Below are positions 15,001 to 30,000 of a stretch of DNA of 64,000 nt, piece after piece (the stretch's first letter is position 1; the number at the start of each line of letters is the position of its first letter). The DNA is from Eledone cirrhosa. Taxonomy: Eukaryota. A program made the position numbers and the translations under genes. The notes under the pieces are model-generated. The model was not told the origin of the DNA. It did no database searches and saw only the letters and a program-made list of their open reading frames with translations. The DNA is taken from assembly GCA_964016885.1 (NCBI GenBank), contig OZ024741.1, positions 18,662,001 to 18,726,000 on the forward strand, given 5' to 3'.

Positions 15001-18000
15001 ACTACCATTCTATCTGACGTTCGAACGACTGAAATTCTATCTGACGTTCTAACGACTGTCATTCTATTTGACGTTTGAACGACTGCCATTCTATCTGACT
15101 TTCTAACGACTGCCATTCTATCTGAGGTTCGACCGACTGCCATTCTATCTAACGATCGCATGACTGCCATTCTATCTGACGTTCTAGCGACTGCCATTCT
15201 ATCTGACGTTCTAACGACTACCATTATATCTGATGTTCTAACAACTGCCATTCTATCTGACGTTCTAGCGACTCCCCTTCTGTCTGACGTTCTAACGACT
15301 CTGCCATTCCATCTGACGTTCTAACGACTCTGCTATTCTATCTGCCATTCGAACGACTGCATTCTATATGACCTTCTAACGACTGCCATTGTATCGGACG
15401 TTCTAACTATTGTCATTCTATCTGACATTCTAACGACTACCATTATATCTGATGTTCTAACGACTGACACTCTATCTGATGTTCTAACAACTCTGCCATT
15501 CTCATTGATGTCCTAACGACTAGCATTCTAGGTGACGGTCGAACGACTGCCATTCCATCTGACGTTCCAACGACTGCCATTCTATTTGACGTTCTAACGA
15601 CACTGCCATTCTATCTGACATTCTAAAGACTGCCATTCTATCTGACGTTCGAACTACTGCATATCTATCTGACGTTCTAACGACTGCAATTCTATATTAG
15701 GTTAGATCGCCTGCCATTCTATCTGACGTTCTAACGACTCTGTGATTCTATCTGACATTCTAACGACTGCCATTCTATCTGACGTTCGAACGCTTCTGCC
15801 ATTCTATCTGACGTTCGAGGGACTACCATTCTATCTGACGTTCTAACGACTCTGCCATTCCATCTGACGTTCTAACGACTTTGCTATTCTATCTCCCGTT
15901 CGAACGTCTGCCATTCTATATGGCCTTCTAACGACTACCATTCTATCTGACGTTCTAACGACTACCATTATATTCTGTTGTTAACGACTGCCACTCTATC
16001 TGATGTTCTAACGACACTGCTATTCTCTCCGATGTCCTAACGACAACCATTCTATCTGAAGTTCTAACGACTGCCATTCTATCTTAGGGTCGAACGACTG
16101 CCATTCTATCTGACGTTCTAACAACTGTGCCATTCTATCTGACGTTCTAACGACAGTCATTCTATCTGACGTTCTAACGACTGCCATTCTGTCTGACCTT
16201 CTGACGGCTGCCATACCATCTCACATTCTAACTACTGACATTATAGCTGACATTCTAACGACTACCATTATATCTGATGTTCTAACGACTGCCTTTCTAT
16301 CTGACGTTCGAACGACGCCATTCTATCTGACGTTCTAGTGACTGCCATTCTATCTCACGTTCTAACGACTCTGCTATTCTATCTGCCGTTCGAACGACTG
16401 CCATTCTATATAACCGTCTAACGACTGCCATTCTATCTGCCGTTATAAAGACTGCCATTCTATCTGATGTTCTAACGACTACCATTATATCTGATGTTCT
16501 ATTGACTGCCATTCTATCTTAGGTTCGAACGACTCACATTCTATCTGACATACTAACGACTCTGCCATTCTATCCGACGTTCGAGCGACTGCCTTTCTAT
16601 CTGTCATTCTAAAGACTACCATTATATCTGACGTTCTAACGACTACCACTCTATCTGATGTTCTAACGACTACCATTCTATCTGACGTTCGAAAGACTTC
16701 CATTCTATCTGACGTTCGAACGACTCCCATTCTATCTGACGTTCTAAGGACTGCCATTCAATCTGACGTTCGGACGACTGCCATTGTATCTGTCGTTCTA
16801 ACGGCTGCATTTCTATCTGACATCCTAACGACTGCCATTCTATCTTACGTTCTAACACTTCTGCCATTCCATCTGAGGTGCTAACTACTGACATTTTATA
16901 TGACGTTCTAACGACTACCATTATATCTGATATTCTAACGACTGCCACTGAATCTGATGTTCTAACGACTCTGCCACTCTATCTTACGTCCTAACGACTA
17001 CAATTCTATCTGACGTTCGAACGACTGCCATTCTCTCTGACGTTCGAACGTCTGCCATTCTATCTGACTTTCTAACGACTGCCATTCAATCTGACGTTCT
17101 AACGACACTGCCACCATTCCATCTGTCGTTCTAACCACTGCCATTCTATATGACCTTCTAACGACTGCCATTCTATCTGCCGTTCTAACGACTACAACTC
17201 TATCTGAAGTTCTAACGACTCTGCCATTCTCTCTGATGTCCTAACGACTACCATTCGATCTGACGTTCGAACGACTGCCGTTCTAACGACTGCCATTCTA
17301 TCTGACGTTCTAACGCCTCTGCCATTCCATCTGTCGTTCTAACGACTCTGCTATTCTATCTGCCGTTCGAACGACTGCCATTCTATATGACCTTCTAACG
17401 ACTGCCATTCTATCTGCCATTCTAACGACTGTGCAATTATAACTGACGTTCTAGCTACTGCCATTGTATCTGTCGTTCTAATGGCTACATTTCTATCTGA
17501 CGTTCTAACGACTACCATTATATCTGATGTTCTAACGACTGTCACTCTATCTGATGTTCTAACGACTCTGCCATTCTCTCTGATGCCCTAACAACTACCA
17601 TTCTATCTAACGTTCGAACGACTGCCATTCTATCTGACGTTCGAACGACTGCCATTCTATTTGACGTTCTAACTACTCTGCCATTCTATTTGACATTCTA
17701 AAGACTGCCATTCTATCTGACGTTCGAACGACTGCCATTCTATCTGTGGTTCTAACGACTGTGCCATTCTATGTGACGTTCTAACTGTTGCCATTCTATC
17801 TGACGTTCTAACGACTACTATTCTATCTGATGTTCTAACAACTGCCATTCTATTTGACGTCTTAACGACTACCATTCTATCTGACGTTCGAACGACTGAT
17901 ATTCTATCTGACCTTCTAACGACTGCCATTCTATCTGAGGTTCGACCGACTACCATTCTATCTAACGATCTCATGACTGCCATTCTATCTGACGTTCTAG

Positions 18001-21000
18001 CGACAGCCATTCTATCTGACGTTCTAACGACTACAATTATATCTGATGTTCTAACAACAGCCATTCTATCTGACGTTCTAACGCAGCTATTCTATCTGAC
18101 GTTCTAGCGACTGCCATTCTGTCTGACATTCTAACGACTATGCCATTCCATCTGACGTTCTAACGACTCTGCTATTCTATCTGCCATTCGAACGACTGCC
18201 ATTCTATATGACCTTCTAACGACTGCCATTCTATCTGACGTTCTAACTACTGACATTCTATCTGACATTCTAACGACTACCATTATATCTGATGTTCTAA
18301 CGACTGCCATTCTATCTAACGATCTCATGACTGCCATTCTATCTGACGTTCTAGCGACTGCCATTCTATCTGACGTTCTAACGACTACCATTATATCTGA
18401 TGTTCTAACGACTGCCACTCTAACTGATGTTCTAACAACTCTGCCATTCTCTTTGATGTCCTAACGACTAGCATTCTATCTGACAGTCGAACGACTGCCA
18501 TTCCATCTGACGTTCGAACGACTGCCATTCTATTTGACGTTCTAACGACACTGCCATTCTATCTGACATTCTAAAGACTGCAATTCTATCTGACGTTCGA
18601 ACTACTGCCAATCAATCTGACGTTCTAACGACTGCCATTCTATATTAGGTTAGATGGCCTGCCATTCTATCTAAGGTTCTAACAACTCTGCCATTCTATC
18701 TGACGTTCTAACGACTCTGTGATTCTATCTGACGTTCTAACGACTGCCATTCTATCTGACGTTCGAACGCTTCTGCCATTCTATCTGACGTTCGAACGAC
18801 TGACATTCTATCTGACGTTCGAGGGACTACCATTCTATCTGACGTTCTAACGACTCTGCCATTCCATCTGACGTTCTAACGACTTTGCTATTCTATCTCC
18901 CGTTCGAACGTCTGCCATTCTATATGGCCTTCTAACGACTGCCATTCTGTCTGCCGTTCTAACGCCACTGCCATTCTATCTGACGTTCTAACTACTGACA
19001 TTCTATCTGACGTTCTAACGACTACCATTGTATTCTGACGTTAACGACTGCCACTCTATCTGATGTTCTAACGACACTGCCATTCTCTCCGATGTCCTAA
19101 GGACAACTATTCTATCTGACGTTCTAACGACTGCCATTCTATCTTAGGTTCGAACGACTGCCATTCTATCTGACCTTCTAACGACTGTGCCATTCTATCT
19201 GACCTTCTAACGACAGTCATTCTATCTGACGTTCTAACGACTGCCATTCTGTCTGACCTTCTAACGGCTGCCATACCATCTCACATTCTAACTACTGACA
19301 TGATATCTGACGTTCTAACGACTGCCATTCTATCTGACGTTCTAACGACTCTGCCATTCTATCTGACGTTCTAACACTTCTGCCATTCCATCTGAAGTTC
19401 TAACTACTGACATTTTATCTGACGTTCTAACGACTACCATTATATCTGATATTCTAACGACTTCCACTGAATCTGATGTTCTAACGACTCCGCCACTCTA
19501 TCTGACGTCCTAACGACTACAATTCTATCTGACGTTCGAACAACTACAATTCTATCTGACGTTCGAACGACTGCCATTCTATCTGACTTTCTAACGACTG
19601 CCATTCTATCTGACGTTCTAGCGACTGCCATTCAATCTGACGTTCTAACGACACTGCCGCCATTCCATCTGTCGTTCTAACGACTGCCATTCTATATGAC
19701 CTTCTAACGACTGCCATTCTATCTGCCGTTCTAACTACTACAACTCTATCTGAAGTTCTAACGACTCTGCCATTCTCTCTGATGTCCTAACGACTACCAT
19801 TCGATCTGACGTTCGAACGACTGCCGTTCTGTCTGACGTTCTAACGACAGCCATTCTATCTGACGTTCTAACGACTGCCACTCTATCTGATGCTCTAACT
19901 ACTCTGCCATTCTCTCTGATGTCGTAACAACTACCATTCTATCTAACGTTCGAACGACTGCCATTCTATCTGACGTTCGAACGACTGCCATTCTATTTGA
20001 CGTTCTAACTACTCTGCCATTCTATTTGACATTCTAAAGACTGCCATTCTATCTGACGTTCGAACGCCTGCCATTCTATCTGACGGTCTAGCGGCTGCCA
20101 TTCTATCTTAGGTTCGAACGACTGCCATTCTATCTGACGTTCTAACGACTGTGCCATTCTATATGACGTTCTAACGACAGTCATTCTATCTGACGTTCTA
20201 ACGACTACCATTCTATCTGATGTTCTAACGACTGCCATTCTGTCTGACAGAATAACGACTGTCATTCGATCTGACATTCTAACGACAGTCATTCTATCTG
20301 ACGTTCCAACGGCTGGATTCTATGTGACGTTCTAACGGCTGCCATTCTATCTGACGTTCTAACGACTACTATTCTATCTGATGTTCTAACAACTGCCATT
20401 CTATTTGACGTCTTAACGACTACCATTCTATCTGACGTTCGAACGACTGAAATTCTATCTGACGTTCTAACGACTGTCATTCTATTTGACGTTTGAACGA
20501 CTGCCATTCTATCTGACTTTCTAACGACTGCCATTCTATCTGAGGTTCGACCGACTGCCATTCTATCTAACGATCGCATGACTGCCATTCTATCTGACGT
20601 TCTAGCGACTGCCATTCTATCTGACGTTCTAACGACTACCATTATATCTGATGTTCTAACAACTGCCATTCTATCTGACGTTCTGGCGACTCCCCTTCTG
20701 TCTGACGTTCTAACGACTCTGCCATTCCATCTGACGTTCTAACGACTCTGCTATTCTATCTGCCATTCGAACGACTGCATTCTATATGACCTTCTAACGA
20801 CTGCCATTGTATCGGACGTTCTAACTATTGTCATTCTATCTGACATTCTAACGACTACCATTATATCTGATGTTCTAACGACTGACACTCTATCTGATGT
20901 TCTAACAACTCTGCCATTCTCATTGATGTCCTAACGACTAGCATTCTAGGTGACGGTCGAACGACTGCCATTCCATCTGACGTTCCAACGACTGCCATTC

Positions 21001-24000
21001 TATTTGACGTTCTAACGACACTGCCATTCTATCTGACATTCTAAAGACTGCCATTCTATCTGACGTTCGAACTACTGCATATCTATCTGACGTTCTAACG
21101 ACTGCAATTCTATATTAGGTTAGATCGCCTGCCATTCTATCTGACGTTCTAACGACTCTGTGATTCTATCTGACATTCTAACGACTGCCATTCTATCTGA
21201 CGTTCGAACGCTTCTGCCATTCTATCTGACGTTCGAGGGACTACCATTCTATCTGACGTTCTAACGACTCTGCCATTCCATCTGACGTTCTAACGACTTT
21301 GCTATTCTATCTCCCGTTCGAACGTCTGCCATTCTATATGGCCTTCTAACGACTACCATTCTATCTGACGTTCTAACGACTACCATTATATTCTGTTGTT
21401 AACGACTGCCACTCTATCTGATGTTCTAACGACACTGCTATTCTCTCCGATGTCCTAACGACAACCATTCTATCTGAAGTTCTAACGACTGCCATTCTAT
21501 CTTAGGGTCGAACGACTGCCATTCTATCTGACGTTCTAACAACTGTGCCATTCTATCTGACGTTCTAACGACAGTCATTCTATCTGACGTTCTAACGACT
21601 GCCATTCTGTCTGACCTTCTGACGGCTGCCATACCATCTCACATTCTAACTACTGACATTATAGCTGACATTCTAACGACTACCATTATATCTGATGTTC
21701 TAACGACTGCCAATCTATCTAACGTTCTAACGACTGCCATTCTATCTGACGTCCTAGCGACTGCCATTCTATCTCACGTTCTAACGACTCTGCTATTCTA
21801 TCTGACGTTCTAACGACTGCCTTTCTATCTGACGTTCGAACGACGCCATTCTATCTGACGTTCTAGTGACTGCCATTCTATTTGACGTTTTAACGACTCT
21901 GCAATTCTATCTGCCGTTCGAACGACTGCCATTCTATATGACCGTCTAACGACTGCCATTCGATCTGCCGTTATAAAGACTGCCATTCTATCTGATGTTC
22001 TAACGACTACCATTATATCTGATGTTCTATTGACTGCCATTCTATCTTAGGTTCGAACGACTCACATTCTATCTGACATACTAACGACTCTGCCATTCTA
22101 TCCGACGTTCGAGCGACTGCCTTTCTATCTGTCATTCTAAAGACTACCATTATATCTGACGTTCTAACGACTACCACTCTATCTGATGTTCTAACGACTA
22201 CCATTCTATCTGACGTTCGAAAGACTTCCATTCTATCTGACGTTCGAACGACTCCCATTCTATCTGACGTTCTAAGGACTGCCATTCAATCTGACGTTCG
22301 AACGACTGCCATTGTATCTGTCGTTCTAACGGCTGCATTTCTATCTGACATCCTAACGACTGCCATTCTATCTTAAGTTCTAACACTTCTGCCATTCCAT
22401 CTGAGGTGCTAACTACTGACATTTTATATGACGTTCTAACGACTACCATTATATCTGATATTCTAACGACTGCCACTGAATCTGATGTTCTAACGACTCT
22501 GCCACTCTATCTTACGTCCTAACGACTACAATTCTATCTGACGTTCGAACGACTGCCATTCTGTCTGACGTTCGAACGTCTGCCATTCTATCTGACTTTC
22601 TAACGACTGCCATTCAATCTGACGTTCTAACGACACTGCCACCATTCCATCTGTCGTTCTAACCACTGCCATTCTATATGACCTTCTAACGACTGCCATT
22701 CTATCTGCCGTTCTAACGACTACAACTCTATCTGAAGTTCTAACGACTCTGCCATTCTCTCTGATGTCCTAACGTCTACCATTCGATCTGACGTTCGAAC
22801 GACTGCCGTTCTAACGACTGCCGTTCTAACGACTGCCATTCTATCTGACGTTCTAACGCCTCTGCCATTCCATCTGTCGTTCTAACGACTCTGCTATTCT
22901 ATCTGCCGTTCGAACGACTGCCATTCTATATGACCTTCTAACGACTGCCATTCTATCTGCCATTCTAACGACTGTGCAATTATAACTGACGTTCTAGCTA
23001 CTGCCATTGTATCTGTCGTTCTAATGGCTGCATTTCTATCTGACGTTCTAACGACTACCATTATATCTGATGTTCTAACGACTGTCACTCTATCTGATGT
23101 TCTAACGACTCTGCCATTCTCTCTGATGCCCTAACAACTACCATTCTATCTAACGTTCGAACGACTGCCATTCTATCTGACGTTCGAACGACTGCCATTC
23201 TATTTGACGTTCTAACTACTCTGCCATTCTATTTGACATTCTAAAGACTGCCATTCTATCTGACGTTCGAACGACTGCCATTCTATCTGTGGTTCTAACG
23301 ACTGTGCCATTCTATGTGACGTTCTAACTGTTGCCATTCTATCTGACGTTCTAACGACTACTATTCTATCTGATGTTCTAACAACTGCCATTCTATTTGA
23401 CGTCTTAACGACTACCATTCTATCTGACGTTCGAACGACTGATATTCTATCTGACCTTCTAACGACTGCCATTCTATCTGAGGTTCGACCGACTACCATT
23501 CTATCTAACGATCTCATGACTGCCATTCTATCTGACGTTCTAGCGACAGCCATTCTATCTGACGTTCTAACGACTACAATTATATCTGATGTTCTAACAA
23601 CAGCCATTCTATCTGACGTTCTAACAACAGCCATTCTATCTGACGTTCTAACGCAGCTATTCTATCTGACGTTCTAGCGACTGCCATTCTGTCTGACATT
23701 CTAACGACTATGCCATTCCATCTGACGTTCTAACGACTCTGCTATTCTATCTGCCATTCGAACGACTGCCATTCTATATGACCTTCTAACGACTGCCATT
23801 CTATCTGACGTTCTAACTACTGACATTCTATCTGACATTCTAACGACTACCATTATATCTGATGTTCTAACGACTGCCATTCTATCTAACGATCTCATGA
23901 CTGCCATTCTATCTGACGTTCTAGCGACTGCCATTCTATCTGACGTTCTAACGACTACCATTATATCTGATGTTCTAACGACTGCCACTCTAACTGATGT

Positions 24001-27000
24001 TCTAACAACTCTGCCATTCTCTTTGATGTCCTAACGACTAGCATTCTATCTGACAGTCGAACGACTGCCATTCCATCTGACGTTCGAACGACTGCCATTC
24101 TATTTGACGTTCTAACGACACTGCCATTCTATCTGACATTCTAAAGACTGCAATTCTATCTGACGTTCGAACTACTGCCAATCAATCTGATGTTCTAACG
24201 ACTGCCATTCTATATTAGGTTAGATGGCCTGCCATTCTATCTAAGGTTCTAACAACTCTGCCATTCTATCTGACGTTCTAACGACTCTGTGATTCTATCT
24301 GACGTTCTAACGACTGCCATTCTATCTGACGTTCGAACGCTTCTGCCATTCTATCTGACGTTCGAACGACTGACATTCTATCTGACGTTCGAGGGACTAC
24401 CATTCTATCTGACGTTCTAACGACTCTGCCATTCCATCTGACGTTCTAACGACTTTGCTATTCTATCTCCCGTTCGAACGTCTGCCATTCTATATGGCCT
24501 TCTAACGACTGCCATTCTGTCTGCCGTTCTAACGCCACTGCCATTCTATCTGACGTTCTAACTACTGACATTCTATCTGACGTTCTAACGACTACCATTG
24601 TATTCTGACGTTAACGACTGCCATTCTATCTGATGTTCTAACGACACTGCCATTCTCTCCGATGTCCTAAGGACAACTATTCTATCTGACGTTCTAACGA
24701 CTGCCATTCTATCTTAGGTTCGAACGACTGCCATTCTATCTGACCTTCTAACGACTGTGCCATTCTATCTGACCTTCTAACGACAGTCATTCTATCTGAC
24801 GTTCTAACGACTGCCATTCTGTCTGACCTTCTAACGGCTGCCATACCATCTCACATTCTAACTACTGACATGATATCTGACGTTCTAACGACTACCATTA
24901 TATCTGATGTTCTAACGACTGCCATTCTATCTGATGTCCTAACTACTACAATTATATCTGACGTTCGAACGACTGCCACTCTATCTAACGTTCTAACAAC
25001 TGCCATTCTATCTGACGTTCTAGCGACTGCCATTCTATCTCACGTTCTAACGACTCTGCTATTCTATCTGCCGTTCGAACGACTGCCATTCTATATTACC
25101 TTCTAACTACTGCCATTCTATCTGCCGTTATAACGACTCTACCATTCTATCTAACGTTCTAACTACTGACATTCTATCTGACGTTCTAACGACTAACATT
25201 ATATGTGATCTTCTTACGACTGTTACTTTATCTGACGTTCTAACGACTGCCATTCTATCTTAGGTTCAAACGACTGCCATTCTATCTAACGTTCTAACGA
25301 CAGTCATTCTATCTGACGTTCTAACGACAGTCATTCTATCTGACGTTCTAACGACTGCCATTCTATAAGATGTTCTAACGGCTACCTTTCTCTCTGACGT
25401 TCTAACGGGTGCCATTCTATCTGAGGTTCCAACGAATACCATTCTATCTGATGTTCTAACAACTGCCATTCTATTTGACGTCCTAACGACTACCATTCTA
25501 CTTGACTTTCGAACGACTGCCATTCGATCTGACCTTCTAACGACAGTCATTCTTTCTGACGTCCTAACGACTGCCATTCTATCTAATGTTCTAAAGACAA
25601 CCATTCAATCTGATGTTCTAACGACTCTGCCATTCTAACGATTGCCATTCTATCTGACGTTCTAACGACAGCCATTCTATCTGATGTTCTACCGACTGCC
25701 ACTCTATCTGATATCCTCATGACTACAATTCTATCTGACGTTCGAACGACTGCCATTCTATCTGACGTTCGAACGACTGCCATTCTCTCTGACGTTCTAA
25801 CGTCTCGGCCATTCCATCTGTCGTTCTAACGATTCCGCTATTCTATCTGCCGTTCGAACGACTGCCATTCTATATGACCTTCTAACGACTGCCATTCTAT
25901 CAGCCGTTCTAAAGACGCTGCCATTCTAACTGACGTTCTAACTACTGACATTCTATCTGACGTTATAACGACTACCATTATATCTGATGTTCTAACGACT
26001 GCCACTCTATCTGATGTTCTAACGACTGCCACTCTATCTGATGTTCTAACGACTCTGCCATTCTCTCTGACGATCTAACGACTACTATTCTATCTGATGT
26101 TCTAACAACTGCCATTCTACCTGCCGTTCGAACGACTGCCATTCTATCTGACGTTCTATGGCCTGCCATTCTATCTGACGTTCTAACGACTACCATTCTA
26201 TCTGACGTTCTAACGACTGCCATTCTATCTGACATACTAACGACTGCCATTCTATCTGACTTTCTAACGACAGTCATTCTATCTGACGTTCTAACGGCTG
26301 CCATTCTATCTGACGTTCTAACGACTACTATTCAATCTGAGGTTCGAACGACTGCCATTCTTTAACGACTACCATTCTATCTGACGTTCTAACGACTGCC
26401 ATTATATCTGACGTTCTAACGACTGCCATTCTATCGGACATTCTAACGACTGCCATTCTATCTGACGTTCTAACGTCTACCATTCTATCTGACGTTCTAA
26501 CGACTGCCATTCTATCTGACGTTCTAACGGCTGCCATCTATCTGACTTTCTAACGACAGTCATTCTATATGACGTTATAACGACTACGATTCTATCTGAC
26601 GTTCTAACGACTGTCATTTTATCTGACGTTCTAACGACAGCCATTCTATCTGACGTTCGAACGATTGCCATATATCAGACTTTTTAACGATAGGCATTCT
26701 ATCTGACGTTCAAACGACAGCCATTCTATCTGACGTTCTAACGACAGTCATTCTATCTGACGTTCTAACGACTGCCATTCTATCTGAGGTTCGAACGACT
26801 GCCATTCTATTTGACGTTCTAAGCACTGCCATTCTATCTCATGTTCTAACGACTCTGCAAATTCCATCTGACGTTCTAACGACTCTGCTGTTCTATCTAA
26901 GGTTCTACCGACTGCCACTCTATCTGATATCCTAACGACTACAATTCTATCTGACGTTCGAACGACTGCCATTCTATCTGACGTTCTAAGGATCTGCCAT

Positions 27001-30000
27001 TTTATCTGACGTTCTATCGACTGCCATTCTCTCTGACGTTCTAACGTCTCGGCCATTCCATCTGTCGTTCTAACGACTCTGCGATTCTATCTGCCGTTCG
27101 AAAGACTGCCATTCTATATGACCTTCTAACGACTGCCATTCTATCTGCGTTCTAACGACTCTGCCATTCTAACTGACGCTCTAACTACTGACATTCTATC
27201 TGACGTTATAACGACTACCATTATATCTGATGTTCTAACGACTCTGCCATTCTCTCTGATGTCCTAACGACTACCATTCTTTCTGACGTTCTAACGACTA
27301 CTATTCTATCTGATGTTCTAACAAGTGCCATTCTATCTGACGTTCGAACGACTGCCATTCTATCTGACGTTCTATGGCCTGCCATTCTATCTGACGTTCT
27401 AACGACTACCATTCTATCTGATGTTCTCACGACTGCCATTGTATCTGACATACTAACGACTGCCATTCTATCTGACGTTCTAACGGCTGCCATTCTATCT
27501 GACGTTCTAACGGCTGCCATTCTATCTGACGTTCTAACGACTACTATTCTATCTGATGTTCTAACAACTGCCATTCTATTTGACGTCCTAACGACTACCA
27601 TTCTATCTGACGTTCGAACGACTGCCATTCTATCTGACGTTCTAACGACTGCCATTCTATCTGAGGTTCGAACGACTGCCATTCTTTAACGACTACCATC
27701 CTATCTCTCATTCTAACGACTGCCATTCTATCTGACGTTCTAACAACTGCCATTCTATCGGACATTCTAACGACTCCCATTCTATCTGACGGTCTAACGA
27801 CTGCCATTCTATCTGAGGTTCGAACGATTGCCATTCTTTATGACTTTCTAACGACTACCATTCTATCTGACGTTCTTACGACTACCATTCTATCTGTCGT
27901 TCTAACGACTGCCATTCTATCGGACGTGCTAATGACTACCATTCTTTCTGACGTTCTACCGACTGCCATTCTATCTAACGTTCTAACGACTGCCATTCTA
28001 TCGGACATTCTAACGACTGCCATTCTATCTGGCGTTCTAACTACTTCCATTCTATCTGACATTCAAACGATTGCCATTCTATCTGCCCTTCTAACGAGTC
28101 ACATTCTATCTGACGTTTTAACGGCTGCCATTCTTTCTTACGTTCTCACTACTGATATTATATCTGACGTTCTAACGACTCCCATTCTATATGACGTTCT
28201 AACGACTACCATTCTATTTGACATTCGAACGACTGCCATTCTATCTGACGTTCTAACGACTACTATTCTATCTGATGTTCTAACAAATGCCATTCTATTT
28301 GACGTCCTAACGAGTACCATTCTATCTGACGTTCGAACGACTGCCATTCTCTCTGACGTTCTAAGGACTGTCATTCTATCTGACGTTCGAACGACTGCCA
28401 TTCTATCTGAGGTTCGAACGACAGCCATTCTTTATGACTTTCTAACGACTACCATTCTATCTGACGTTCTAACGACTAGCATTCTATCTGTCGTTCTAAC
28501 GACTGTCATTGTATCTGACGTTCTAACGACTACTATTCTATCTGACGTTCTACCGACTACCATTCTATCTGATGTTCTAACGACTACCATTATATGTGTC
28601 TTTCAAACGATTGCCATTCTATCTGACGTTCTAACGTCTACCATTCTATCTGACGTTCTAACGACAGGCATGATATCTGACGTTCTAACGACTGCCATTC
28701 TATCTGACGTTCTAACGACAGTCATTCTATCTGACGTTCTAACGACAGCCATTCTATCTGACGTTCGAACGACTGCTAATCTATGGTTCGAACGACTGCC
28801 ATTCTCTCTGATGTCCTAATGACTACCCTTCTATCTGACGTTCGAAAGACTGCCATTCTATCTGACATTCGAACGACTGACATTCTATTTGACGTTCTAA
28901 CGACCGTCATTCTATGTGACATACTAACGACTGCCATTCTATGTGACGTTCTAACTACAGTCATTCTATCTGACGTTCTAAAGACTACCATTCTATCTGA
29001 TGTTCTAACGACTGCCATTCTATCTGATGTTCTAACGACTGCCATTCTATCTGACATACTGATGACTGCCATTCTATCTGACTTTCTAACGACAGTCATT
29101 CTATCTGACGATCTAACATCTGCCATTCTATCTGACGTTCTAACGGCTGCCATTCTATCTGACGGCTAACGACTACTATTCTATCTGACGTTCTAACAAC
29201 TGCCATTCTATTTGACGTCCTAATGACTACCATTCTATCTGACGTTCTGACGACTGTCATTCTATCTAACGTTCGAACGCCTGCCATTCTATCTGACGTT
29301 CTAACGACTGCCATTCTATCTTAGATTCGAACGACTGCCATTCTATTTGACGTTCTAACGACCGTCATTCTATCTGACCTTCTAAGGCTGCAATTCCATC
29401 TGAGATTCTAACTACTGCCATTCTATCTGACGTTCTAACGACTACCATTCTATCTGACGTTCTAACGACTGCCATTCTATCTGACGTTCTAACGACTGCC
29501 ATTCTATCGGACATTCTAACGACTGCCATTCTATCTGACGTTCTAACGACTTCCATTCTATCTGACGTTCTAACGACTTCCATTCTATCTGATGTTCTAA
29601 CGACTACCATTCTATCTGTCGTTCAAACGGTTGCCATTCTATTTGATGTTCTAACCTCTACCATTCTATCCGACGTTCTAACGACTGCCATTCTATCTGA
29701 CATTCTAACGACTGCCATTCTATCTGACGTTCTAACGACTTCCATTCTATCTGATGTTCTAACGACTACCATTCTATCTGTCGTTCAAACGGTTGCCATT
29801 CTATCTGATGTTCTAACCTCTACCATTCTATCCGACGTTCTAACGACTGCCATTCTATCTGACGTTCTAACAACTGCCATTCTATCTGACGTTCTAACGA
29901 CTACCATCTATCTGACTTTCTAACGACAGTCATTCTATCTGAGGTTCGAACGACTGCCATTCTTTAACGACTACTATCCTATCTCTCATTCTAACGACTG